A stretch of DNA of 54,478 nucleotides, taken from NCBI GenBank assembly GCA_018398765.1, contig JAHBMJ010000172.1, positions 1-54,478 on the forward strand. The letters run 5' to 3'. Under the pieces are notes generated by a model. It ran no database searches and was not told the DNA's origin. It saw only the letters and a program-made list of their open reading frames with translations. The stretch is from Chromera velia. Its lineage: Eukaryota. Made by a program: the position numbers and the translations under genes. Below, piece after piece: positions 35,677-47,434 of the stretch (position 1 is the stretch's first letter; each line of letters begins with the position of its first letter).

Positions 35677-36735
35677 CCTCTTTCTCATCCTGCACGCGAC
35701 TGCATCGTGCCCCTTTCTACCGCAAGGTTTGTAGCCACAGGTGCGTCTGAGTGCAGGGCATGGGAAGCGCGCATCGTGACCACCAGGGCGTGCACATCTG
35801 GGACAAGCATCGCAAGAACCTCCTCCATGATTGGGAGGACCTCCCTGTGCACCCCCTGCGCCGTTAGAGCCCCCTCTGCCGCCTTGGTTCCTTCCCCTGC
35901 TTTGCTCCTTTCCCCCCTTTCCGTTTAAAGACCGGGCAGGAACATTTCCAGGGCCAACGAAACCTGCCAAACGGAGCTGCTCTTGCACCGTCTGCTGCAC
36001 GACAGAAACGAGACCGGCAAACTCTTCTTTTACCTTTAGACCCTTAGCTGCTGTTTGTGTAGGTAAGGCGCTGCTACCTCCCCCACCAAAAACATCACCA
36101 ACCAAAGACCATGAATCTCCCTCCCACGTTTCCTGAAGGCCTTTCAGTCTGTCAAGGATCTTTTTTGGATCCTCTTGGTCGGCTGCATCCATCGTCACCT
36201 TCAAAATGGCGTGAAGGGACGGCGAGTGCCGGGAGATGGACTTCAGAAGGTGCGTGGGCTTATCTTCATCTGTGATCGTTACTCCCACTTCGGCTGCCCT
36301 TTGCTCTATCAACCCCCACTTCACAGTCCACTTAGAAATGCGGTCAAACACGAGCGACTTCGAGAACTCCGTGTACTCTGCCTTCACTGCCTCTTTCTTC
36401 TCTCTGTCTTTCTTTTCTAGCGGGATCCTGATAGTCTCCCACATGGTTGTACAGAACTTGTCCCAGTTCGTGTTTGGGGCGGAGGTGTTCCCATTGGAGA
36501 ACTCAGGAGCATCTACCTTCTTGAACAAGGAGATCACCTGCTCTCCGCAGTCTGGATACCCCTTTGCTGATCGGAAGAGGGCTGTCGCGACTTTTGACAG
36601 CTGCTCATCCTTGCTCAGCTTCTTGAAAGCAGGGTCACCCTTGCAGATGGCGGTGCAGTCCAGCTTCAAACCTTCGAAACTGTCTTTTCCTCCCAGAACC
36701 GGGAAGTAAAGACGGGAACCTGTTTCGTCTGTCAT
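35677..36735 (-). pseudogene. Copia gag with two CCHC-like zinc knuckles, truncated by the nested transposon
   Basis: ORF MTDETGSRLYFP... containing CPRCARPGGHDARFPC and CGYKPCGRKGHDAVAC. The apparent stop lies inside the hAT TIR. Confidence 0.88.
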
Positions 36736-36880
36736 CCCTCTGGCAGCACAGAGAGAAACCCAGACTCACAAGCCGAAAGTTAGCAGCGAGAGAGAGAGGG
36801 AAGCAGACTGAGCTCTCTATCGGTCAAGTCTTTGGACAAGAGAACACGGGACAGGTCTTTGCCCGCATGCAGAGAGCACT

Positions 36881-37101
36881 AGCAGAAAGAGCTAGCGCTC
36901 TAGACATGATCGACATGAAGATTTACTTCTTACGCAAAACCTCTGGCAGTTGCCCAAAGTAGTCTTTGCCTGCTTTTGTGTCTTACATTGACCACAAATG
37001 CATGAACGTCAATTTGAATTGCCTCAAACATGCTTTTGTATGCATGCATTTTATTTCTGCACGTTTGCAAATATTCACGCGCGCATTGCACCGTTCTGAT
37101 T
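36881..37101 (-). repeat. 5' LTR of copia element
   Basis: Partner of 30173-30393. Followed on the sense strand by the PBS-like (T)AGTGCTCTCTGCATG. Confidence 0.93.
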
Positions 37102-38822
37102 ATCAATGAGCAATGTTCCTAGATTTAAAACAGACGGAACGAACCGGAACTTTTTAACAGACTGGGCTAGATCTGCCCCTCATACACGGGGACGCGGCAT
37201 GCATAACAAAAACCTCAATCAACAAGAATTAATACTTTATTTCACTTAAAATTTTACATATCACACCTCATAGTATGATATGTTCTATATGATATGTTTT
37301 ACTCCATGCTGACAGCTCCTCGACAGAGGGTTATTGCCAGCTAGATTGCCAGAATATCGAAGAAGAGACAAAGCAGTGGCTACCGATGTATGGAGATAAA
37401 AAGGAGACAGAAGGTGAATGAAGACAGAGAAAGGAAATAAAGCCCGGCTAGGGACTATACCATAAGCGCCAGTTACAGTACAGTCTCCCATCCTGCACAT
37501 AGAAGGAACCCACAGCTACTTTCTGTCTGTCAGTCGTGTCTGTGATCTACTTACTAGGTAGAGCTTACAACAAAGATGCAGCAGGCCGACACTCATGGAT
37601 CAATATTTGTTCAGGCGTGCCGGGACGTTGCATCAACTTGCGTGACGGAATGGTGGGCGTACCATGCTCCATATGCATCCATATACAGGCCTGCTACAGG
37701 GCGGTGTACACTGCCTGTACGTTCCTCTTTATGCCTGATCGTGTGTGCGTCACGTCGGTGCATGGGACTCTATGTGCCGCCGCTGGCACAACATAGTATA
37801 ATGATTCAAACAAATAGTGAAAAGATTTTAATACCTAGTTTAATACCTTAATTTCGTCCTTAAAATAGCTTTCACATCTGATTTTATGTTGTTATCGTCG
37901 TTGCATCAATGCAACATAATGCTTTTACATAGGTGGGAGCTCGGGTGCGACTATGGGGGACGCTGGCGGCTGTTGACAGACATGTGAACACATAAAAACA
38001 GTCCAAGGATTCTGACAAACGCTACAGGAAACGTCAAATAAATAGACAGGGGAGGTGAGAATGGAGAACACCCAGAACTTGCATGACAGAATTGATTGCA
38101 GAGAATCAAATGCCGCCATACGTAACTCAATGAAGTTCTTCCATTCGCCCAATGCCCCGCCTTCGTCAAGACATGCAGCAGCGACCTGCCTGTGTGGCAT
38201 TTGATGTCCCCCTTCCCTTTTTTTCTTCGTCTGTTTCTTTCCATCACTCACTGGCGGTCGAGGCCATGCAAGCCAGGAACGAAGTGAGCAGCGCAGCACG
38301 TGTACGCATTGAATCAACAACGCAAGCTCGAAATTCAGCCAGGAAATCGGGATTTCGACAGACAGGTCGCTTCACTTTCTCAACATCATGAAAGATGTAC
38401 GGATTTTTCCGAAGTCATGTTACACCACTTGACGTGCAGATGAAACACAACATGCATGCACCGAGAAACCAAAGTTCGCAAGAGCTGCAGACGAGAAAAC
38501 GCACCTCTCACGAACGACTTCCACGATTGAGTTTGACATCTCCAGACAGATCTCCACGGCTGCATGAGCGACGATCGATCGCGGCTGCGCGACCTTGATC
38601 GGCCAAAAAAGAAAAGCGTCTATTCCCTCCGATGTCCAGCCCATCCTCTCACGTGTGGACTCCCTCGATCGTCTCAACTGTCTTCTTCACCGACTCCTTT
38701 CAAGTCTTTCCTTCGGCATCGACAAATGACTTCTTCGTCAGAGCACTGACATGCAGACACCCCTCATTCGCGCACGGACATCACAGACGTCAAGCTTCCC
38801 TTCTTCCTCTTTGCAGCACAAC

Positions 38823-40891
38823 TCAGAAGCAACTGCATCTCCCTGCCAAGCAAATGGGTCTGAACCCTGCAGGGCACCTGAAGGAGGAAGAGGAAGAGGA
38901 AGAAGAGCGGGTAGAGGTGGAGAGGAAGGGGCGGCTGTTGGATGCAGTAGAGGGGAAGCTGCTGTACGTGAATCGGCTGGGAGACGACGAGAAGGACCCG
39001 CCCCCCGTCCTCACTGCGGTGCTTCCACGGGGAGAGGAGAGGAGGGCCCCCCCGCTGCTGCCGCTGGAGGATCCATAGGAAGGCACTGAGTAGAGGGGGG
39101 TTGGAGAGGAAGAGACGGGCACAGAGTAAGTGAAGCCCCCGATAGGAACGGGAACGTACTGTGCCGAGGCGGGGGTTGCAGAGGAAGACGGAGAGGACGA
39201 GACGGCGGCAGTAGCGGCGGGGTGGGGAATGGGGCGGCCTGCCGTTGGGTGGGGGTTGCCTTGGGTTGCGGTGGGGTGGGGAATTCCCTGGGTGACTGTC
39301 GGGTGGGGAACACCTTCAATCTCTTCTGATGCCTCTGCAACTGCGACTGCTGTCTCTGTCTGCGTCTCCTCGGTTTCTGGGGTCAAATCCAAAGATGAAG
39401 GGGTTGGGGTGGGGATAGCTGCATTGGTTGTTGTGGCGTTGGTGGAGGGGCGGAGAGGCACACCCACGTCAGCATAGAGGAAGCCGCCCTCCCACACTCC
39501 CTCAGGCTCCTCTGCCTCCTCTACCTCTTCTTCAACGACTGAGGGGGCAGGGGAGGGGGTAGAGACAGGGGAGGGGGCAGGGGAGGGGGAGGGGGTAGAG
39601 ACAGGGGAGGGGGAAGGGGAGGGAGAGGGCACAACGGCAGGGGAAACATCCACGATGGGGGGGGGTGTCTCCTCCTCTTCTGAAAGTGCAGGTTGAGTCT
39701 CTTGAGGGGAGACGGAAGGAGACGGGGAGAAGTTCTCGATGACAGTGGCGCCAGGCTCAAGTTCGGGCCACAAAAGCTCTTCCTCAAACGCAGCAGGGGC
39801 AGGGGCAGAAGCAGGCTCTGCCTCTTCCTCTCCCTGATTCTCTTCCACCACAATCCTCTCAACTCGGGGCTGGAGCTCCTTTTCTTCCTCAACCACCACG
39901 CTCTCCTCCTCTGCGTTCACAGGGGTCTCACTGACTGCCTCTGGCTCTTGCTCTTCCTCCTCTGCGACCTGAGTGAAAACTCTCTGGGCAGCCTCGGATT
40001 CCATCCAGGAATCGAAACGAGCCAAGCTGGCAGGGGCATTTTCAGGAGAAGAGGAAGAGGGGGAACTGTCTCCTCCTTCTCTTCGAATCTCATTGGGAGA
40101 AAAGGGAACGCCATCAGAACGCTGCCCTGTAAGAGAGCCTCTAGAGAAAGGGAGTGCTCTCTCGTTAGTGATCTCTTCCGTCACAACCTCAACCTCTGCC
40201 TCTTCCTGGGCCTCTGCTTCTCCCTCAACCTCAGCGGTCTCAGCCTCTCTCATCTGAACCTCTCTGTCAAGCTCCACCTCTTCATCAGCTCCAGACAGGG
40301 GCTCTACTTCTTGTGTCTCTTCCTCAGGAGTCGAAACCACAGGGGCAGGAGCGGGCTCCTCTTGGGTCTCCTCAACGACGGTCACAGGGGTAGGAGTCGG
40401 CTCTTCTTCGGTCTCTTCAGCAGCGGTCACGGGGGCAGGAGCTGGCTCGGAAACTGTTGCAACTGTTGTGGGGGTGGGGGTGGGGGCTGGTTGGACTTCC
40501 ACAGACGTTGCGGGTCTTGTAGACAATTGCATGTTCTGTTCGGTTGCCTCTGTGACCTCAGTTGCAAGCTTGCTCTGCTCGGCCAAAAACCAATTCTTGA
40601 AGAGCGCAAACTGCATTCTCAAAAAGGGGTCCTCAGACCTCGGCAGACTGTTCTGCTTCTCTTCAGAGCTGGCTGAAGAGGAAGAAGAAGGGGCAGCGAG
40701 AGCAGTCACTGTCTGGCCTGTGAGAGGGGCAGTGGACTCAGCAGAAGCGAGGGAAAGGGCGGTCTGGGTCTCAGATGCGCCCTTGATGAGAGCGATGAGA
40801 GCCTCCACCGTGGAAACACCCTCGGAGTTTACACGGGAGGTCGAGATCTGCACACGCACACACACACACACACACACACATACATACACAC

Positions 40892-40931
<40 letters not shown>

Positions 40932-41962
40932 TCCTCTTTCTCTTATGTCTATGCTAGACCACACACATTCAAATACCAATGCACAAGCTGCCCATAGAGC
41001 AGGATGGAGGAGGCCTGAGGGACAAAATACCACAACAGAAGCGTAGAAGAGGTGACTGTACGTTGTCTGACAAAGAAAAGAAAGGAAAAGAAACCAAGAG
41101 AAACCCACCGGAGTCAATCCAGGAGGGATCAGAACGTCCTCAACAACCAAGAGGGTCATCTGAGGGGCCTCCATATCTCCGTCTGTCTCTGCCTCTGTCT
41201 CGACCTTGGCTGACACCCGGGCGCCTCCAACAAACAGGTCCTCTCCCTCGGAGTGGAGTGCGGGAGAGGGTCCCGAAAGGCTGGACTCCTCAGAAGGAAA
41301 CAAAACGTGGTATCCTGTCAGGTACCTGCAACCATACATCCATATTAAGTCCTGGTCCATTGACTTCTTCGCATGGATCAGCATGGGGGTGCAGAAAACA
41401 GAAGACAGCAAGAGATGTAGAAGGCAAAATATCTTTCAAACCCATTCCCTTTCTCACCTGAGTTGCTCCTCAGTGTAGAGTTCCTTCAGGAGGGGCAGGA
41501 CAGTCGATACGGGGGTTGGTGTGGCCTTGTCGGGATTCGAAGGCGTCAAAGCAGCTCCCAGAGCTCTGCAGAAAGGACGAAGATGGACAGGGATATGAGC
41601 GTGGACTGGTCCGTCTCCTTTCTCACCATTGGTCATCTAGTCTCACTCACCTTGCGAAGGCATCGTCACTGGGTGCAGCCAGTGTCACGCTCTGCTCCAA
41701 GCTTTCAGAGACATTCAATCGTGCGAGGAGGGCTTCGAAGACCAGAGTGTCCTGCACAAAAAGCAAAGAAAGGAGAAGGGAGTCCAGAAACAGAGGTAGG
41801 AAGGGAAGGAAAGAGATACAGAAGGAGCTGTTAACTTACGCTTCGGCCCTCAAAGAGCACTGGATACGTTCTGGGCATAGTACCATCTGCTTCCTGCCCA
41901 GGCAGCGAGTCTGGTGCAGCAGAAGCGAGTGCAAGCAGGAAGAGAACTGGAAGTCCTCTCAT
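38823..41962 (-). CDS. Secreted fasciclin (FAS1)-domain protein with long E/P/S/T-rich stalk
   Basis: Exons 41840-41962 (MRGLPVLFLLALASA signal peptide), 41651-41751 (VTLAAPSDDAF, FAS1 H1), about 41458-41565, about 41109-41326 (YHVL...LFVGGARV...VVEDVLIPP, FAS1 YH/H2) and 38823-40847 (low complexity, ending CPAGFRPICLAGRCSCF). Confidence 0.82.
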
Positions 41963-42318
41963 GGTGAACCAGAATTCAAGATTCGAAACACAAATGAAAC
42001 AACCTGTAGAGTCGCAGAAAGCCAGATCAAACCCTTGCTGGTGAAGATGGAGTTCAAACAGCTCAGTATTACACCGTGTACTGCGTGTCGTTAGCGAAGT
42101 AAGGAGGTTAGAATGGAAAGAAGAGGATGGAAGGGGTGATTCTTGTGACGGAAGCTTATAGGAGTGCGCGCGGTGTTTCATGGCGACCCGGCCGCTATGA
42201 TGGCTCTTACGGGAAGTTGCAGTGTTGCATCTCTCGAGCGGAGAGACCCCGGAAAGCGAAATGTTCTTCACGAAACTTTCCGGGGCCGGGCTCTTCGAAG
42301 GAGCCGAGCCGATTTTCG

Positions 42319-42371
42319 TGCATGAAATGCATGAGCATGCATTCTCCAGCATGCATGCATGCATGCATGCA
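42319..42371. promoter_or_regulatory. TGCATG(CA) motif cluster in a divergent intergenic region; candidate ApiAP2-type sites
   Basis: A (GCAT)n run and several TGCATG copies between the head-to-head FAS1 and MFS genes. Confidence 0.35.
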
Positions 42372-42617
42372 GTTACTGTTAATTGGCTGTATTAATATAT
42401 TAATAACTGAGAACACTGCACCAATAAGTCGCATTGTCCGTTGATCACGCGCGGCGCTGCCAGTATGTACCTGTCTGTAGAAGTACCTTCCATGTCGACA
42501 CACATGCAAAGTTGTTGACTGTTGCTTAAATTTGACTGACGTTTCTGTATAACATTGATAACATTGACTTCTTCTCTTCTGCCGGCTGGATTCAGTTTCC
42601 AGAAATAGAAAAACAGT

Positions 42618-43144
42618 ATGGCCTTGCCAGGAAAGTGGCGTAATCTTGCTTTGCTTTCACTGATCAACGGCTTCGTGTTCACAGCGATCATCGCGAATGT
42701 TACCATGACTGCACGGGCCGTGATCGGATTGGATACGGTCTCACTCAGCTATATCACAATTCCCATTGCCTTCAGTCAGTCAGCACTTCATTTTCCCCGC
42801 ACTTACAGCTTTGGCCTGCGCTGGTTTTAAAGCAGTCTCTTCCCTTCCATGTGCAGCCTTCCTCGGTCAATGCGGGAGCTGCATTCCGTTGAACATGCTG
42901 ACGAAGCGAAAAGGCTTCAAAGCCGCCTTCCTCGTCGGCAACAGCTGCGGCCTCGCGTCCTCGCTGCTCATGTTCACGGGGTTGGAATCCCGAACGTTCT
43001 GGTGCGTAAGCCCTGGCCTGTCTTCTTGATTACGATAGTCGCCTGTACCCTCATCTTCCCGCCGGACTGCAAAACCACCGTCTGGTTCCCGCAAGGCTCA
43101 AATGTCGTCTCCACATCTGTAGACTTATCTTGAAGGAGTGCCTA

Positions 43145-43176
<32 letters not shown>

Positions 43177-43177
43177 A

Positions 43178-43243
<66 letters not shown>

Positions 43244-43312
43244 GACTGCCTGCCTGCCTGCCTGCCCGCCTGCCTGTCTGTGGAAAAAGTGAAGTGAAGA
43301 AAAGACAATATA

Positions 43313-43357
<45 letters not shown>

Positions 43358-45592
43358 CCTGCCTGCCTGCCTGCCTGTCTGTGGAAAAAGTGAAGTGAAG
43401 AAAAGACAATATAGTCTGTCTGTCTGTCTGTCTGTCTGTCAGTCTGTCTGTCTGTCTGTCTGTCTGTCTGTTTCTGCTTCCACAGTGCTTTTGGCCTTTG
43501 AAACCGTCCTCAATCCACCGTTTTCCTGTTTAAAAAATTCACCGGTCTCCCACAGGACGTTTCTTAGACGAGAAGACAGGAGGTATGTAGCCTATCCAAC
43601 TCTTCCTCAGGATCCTGATGCGTGGAAATGCTTGGCTTCCTGCAGGCTGTTTGCTTTCTCTGCCATGCTCCTCGGCGTCTCTGCAACAGCAGGACTCCTC
43701 ACACGATTCGCAGCACAGAGCCCCTGCATATGCGAATCTGAGTTCAGAAGCACGGCCGTTTCCCTGACTATCCTGGGCCCAGTCGTCGGGGCTGCGGCGG
43801 GGCCCTGGATTGCCGCGGGAGGGCGGGACATTCCTGTCACGGGCCCCTTAGCTCGGCCCTATGCTCTGTCGTACCTCCTTTTGACAATCCCCTTTGTCAT
43901 GAACCTCATTCTTGCCTCCTTCCTGACGATCGATGATTTGGCCCGTGTTGCAGCAGAGGCGTCACAAGACGCGGCAGCCAGCAAGACTGAGATGAAAATG
44001 AAGAGTCAAGTAGGGGGTGTAGCAGTTGAGGGCGAGGGGGAGGGTGAGGAGGCCGTACCCTCGGGTGTGGTTGTGCCTGAGGATGCTGATCACTTACAAG
44101 TGGAGAATGTGGGCAGGGGGGGAAAGGAGGAGGGGGAGCATATGGAAAGGAACAGAAGATCGCTTGGTGCTGTGGAAGAGGGCACGCTTGTGAGGAGAAG
44201 CAGCGCGGAGACAAGGGAAAAGAAAACTGGAGAGGTGCATCCGAGTCATTCTGCTGCCACGGCAGCCGCACCTCACTCATCTTCCTCGTCAGCTCCACAG
44301 AGTCCATGGAAGTATGCACACGACGTTCTTTTTATCAACCCGGCAGGGCGTCTCGCCATTGTGGCCGGAACTGTTGGGTATGCTGCAATGACTGTGGGCA
44401 TGGCCCCTGCTCCTGCGGACATGGCAAATCTGGGATACTCTGATTTGGCCATCACGGGGGCCTTGCAAAGTCATTTCGTGCTCATGTTCCTGCCTGGATT
44501 CTTCACGGGCTTCCTTGCAAAGTCCATCGGGCTGCGTGTGACAATCCTGCTTGGGGACTTTGGTGGGTTTAATTGATTGATTGATTCTCTTTTGTACCTG
44601 CGTGCATTTTTTGTCTGTTGTTTTTTCTCTTCTTTCGGGAAGTGTGTGACTGTGGAGCGTCGATACTTTGGGTGACGTGGGAAGGCAATAGACAAGAACA
44701 GAATGGTCAGAGTATGAATGAGTACTGTGACTGGGGGTTTATTCGGCCCAGAACGCTGTCAATTCATATAATTCCGAAAGCTTCTCAGTCAATCATTTTA
44801 GTTTGATTTCATTGATTGTGCGCATGCAGCTACTCTATTTGGATTTTTGCTGTTGATGACTGCGGACCCTCTGTCCCTGTGGGTTCCCTGGCTGGGTCTG
44901 GCTGTTTTGGGTGTGGGGTGGAACTGGATGTTCGTAGGGGCTTCGGCTCTGGTGGTTGGGGCAGTGTCGGAGAGGGACAAGATCTTTCACGTAAGTCGCA
45001 CTGCCAGAAAGGATCGAGCAGCGCTGTGGTGGGTGCGTCGTCTCATTTTCCGCCTGCACAAATCGCTTTTAATTATTTCCGCACGTCCCTTTTTCCTCAA
45101 GATGACGCGAGTGCCACCCTGTGCACAGACCTGCTTACGGTTGATTCTTCTCTCCGTCATGGGGCAGCAGAACTGTCAGCTGTTTTTTCAAAGTCGATCT
45201 GAGATGTGACTCTGCATGGTGCAGAGCTGAGCAAGAGTTATCACCGCTCTTGCCTTCTTGGCGGCAAAAGTGTGCATGTTCGTTGGTTGAAAGGCGACGC
45301 ACTCTCCGTTGACGGATTGAAAGGAGTGGGGGTTTTCACTTGTTGTGATGCATACATGCAGGTACTTGGGCTCAACGACACGATTCTCTTCTTCAGTACA
45401 GCCTGCCTCGGCGTGTCTGCGGGCATTTTGCTTGGCAACAGCGGACGCTTGGCCCAGCTGTCTTTGGGTCTCGCCTTGGCGTCTCTGGGTCTCCTTTATT
45501 CGCTTTTCGATTTACTGGTGCTCCCGTCGTTCATCCGTGCCAAGGAAGAAGCCGCTCAAGGCAGCAGCAGTGTGCGGGTGTCTTCAAAGTAA
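42618..45592 (+). CDS. MFS transporter, RfnT (bacterial riboflavin transporter)-like family; multi-exon
   Basis: Hydrophobic exons with motifs TRFAA, AVSLTILGPVVGAAAGP, GYAAMTVGM, HFVLMFLPGFFTGFL, LGVGWNWMFVGASAL and GLNDTILF. A long hydrophilic central loop is present. Confidence 0.8.
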
Positions 45593-47434
45593 TTTACAAA
45601 ACAATTTGCCAGGGAACATACAAGACGGATTCGGAGCTGGACTCGAATTAGCGTTGTCAAAAGCCTAGTCAAAAGCGAAAGATTGATTATATGCTTATTA
45701 ATATTCATTGCGAATCATTGTTTTTTAATAACACTTGCTATTTATATCGATATACACATTGTAAGTGCATTCTAAATAATGTTAAAGGCATGCAGTCACG
45801 TGTTATTGCAGTGTTCAATTTGTCGCAGTTTTATACTATATAGAGTGCCTTTTTAGTCACAATGTTTAACATAACTATCATTATCCAGGTGATATAACTT
45901 ACTTGAATATGATCATGCATTGGTATCACCGTGACACTGTCACGATATCTAGGTCGCCATGGATTAGTCTGTACATACGTGTAAGGCATCTACTAAGCTA
46001 GCTGCGACTGCAACGTTTGGTGTCGGACTGTAATTTTGGTTTGTTATATAACTTATATATACCGTCAATGTATCAATAAGTTTATTCTTGTACCGCTGAT
46101 TACATAAAAAAATACTATAATAATAAAAAAAGTGAATAAGTTTATATAACTTCAATAATTAAATTAAAATCAAGCATAATATTAGGACATTAGAATCAGT
46201 TTTAATTATGTAAATAAATAAATGAATGAATAAATCATAGTTGTATTAGCCTAACATCAGTTATATGATAATAAATAAAGTCATGTACATTTTATAAAAT
46301 TGATATAAATCAGTCACTTGCTAGGTTACTTGCTAGTCAGTGTGTGTGTACTCACTTCCCCTTTCTTTTCCTCGCTATTCCTCTCCCTTTTGTCACTTGG
46401 CGTCTGTTCTGACTGGACGCCCAAACATCATCAACAGTTCCTTTTCCGCTCTCATCCTCCCTGTCTCTTTTACTCTGGCTTTGCTCTCTTTCCTGCGAGC
46501 TGTGTTTACCTCCGTCTGTCTCTTCTCTTCTAGTACAGTTGAAGATCCTGTTTCAGGTCTTGACGTTGGGCTTCATTACATTTCATCATTGTGCATGCAT
46601 TCGAGGGCTTTCATAAGAACACAAAGTCTTCAATAGATATGAAAGAGCTACTTAGTTCACTCGACTGAATGCACTACTATCCATCGGGGTCTGACCTGAT
46701 GTGTGTGCCAATCGGTCCGGCTGTGTCTGGTCAGTTATCGAGGGATGTCTTCTTGAGCTGTTTGTTTTGCACAGGTAGAGAGAGACCCGATAACAAGAGA
46801 TTATGTGGTGGATCGAATCGAATGTGCCATTAAACTTCCAGCATTCCCACACAGTTTCACAAACAAAGTCTTCGGAATTAAAAGAAAAGATGGGATGAGT
46901 CTTCATCGATAAAAGAAAAGGGCTTGAAAAGATTTGACAAGGTTTGATTATGTGTAACACAAATTGATGTATATTTCTCACATGTACACAGTACACTGTT
47001 GGATAGACCAACGTCAAGAATAAGGCGCTTACCAGTTGAAAGAGCTTCTTTAATTAACTTTGTGACTTCCATTGCAATCAAAAGCACTTTTATGATTGAA
47101 TGGAATTGATTAGCAATGAAAATTGCATGAATGTTGATTGATTCTTTGAACATATGATTTAAAATTTGAATTAAGGTATAATTTCGTATAAGATATTAAT
47201 ATTATGGAATGATGTTTAGGCTGGCTTTAAACATGAACTTTTATTTGCTACCAGATTTATTCTGACATCAAGATAGTAAAATTTATTAAAAAAACTGAAT
47301 GTAATTCTAAAATCCATTTTTTGGCTAGTTTTTTAACTCTAGTTTTTTAAACATGTACATTCGATCACAGCAACGTTAATGTTAATTTATTAGTCAATTA
47401 AAAGGACTCAATTTACTAGTATTAATTGTATTAA

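Larger units (their letters stand above)
30173..37101 (-). mobile_element. Full-length, inactivated Ty1/copia LTR retrotransposon (about 5.8 kb plus 1.1 kb nested insertion)
   Basis: 221-bp direct repeats at both ends and 5-bp TSD ATCAA (30168-72, 37102-06). Domain order gag-PR-IN-RT-RNase H. G-rich PPT-like tract next to the 3' LTR. Confidence 0.95.

Noticed and set aside
39693..40676. 327-aa plus-strand ORF; likewise 15866-16720 on the minus strand
   Set aside because: Antisense shadows of the FAS1 stalk exon and DUS1 exon 2.
45930..45953. Hairpin CGTGACA-C-TGTCACG followed by CTAG as a Helitron 3' end
   Set aside because: The spacing is only 4 nt, it is not followed by T, and no 5' TC end or Rep/helicase remnant was found.
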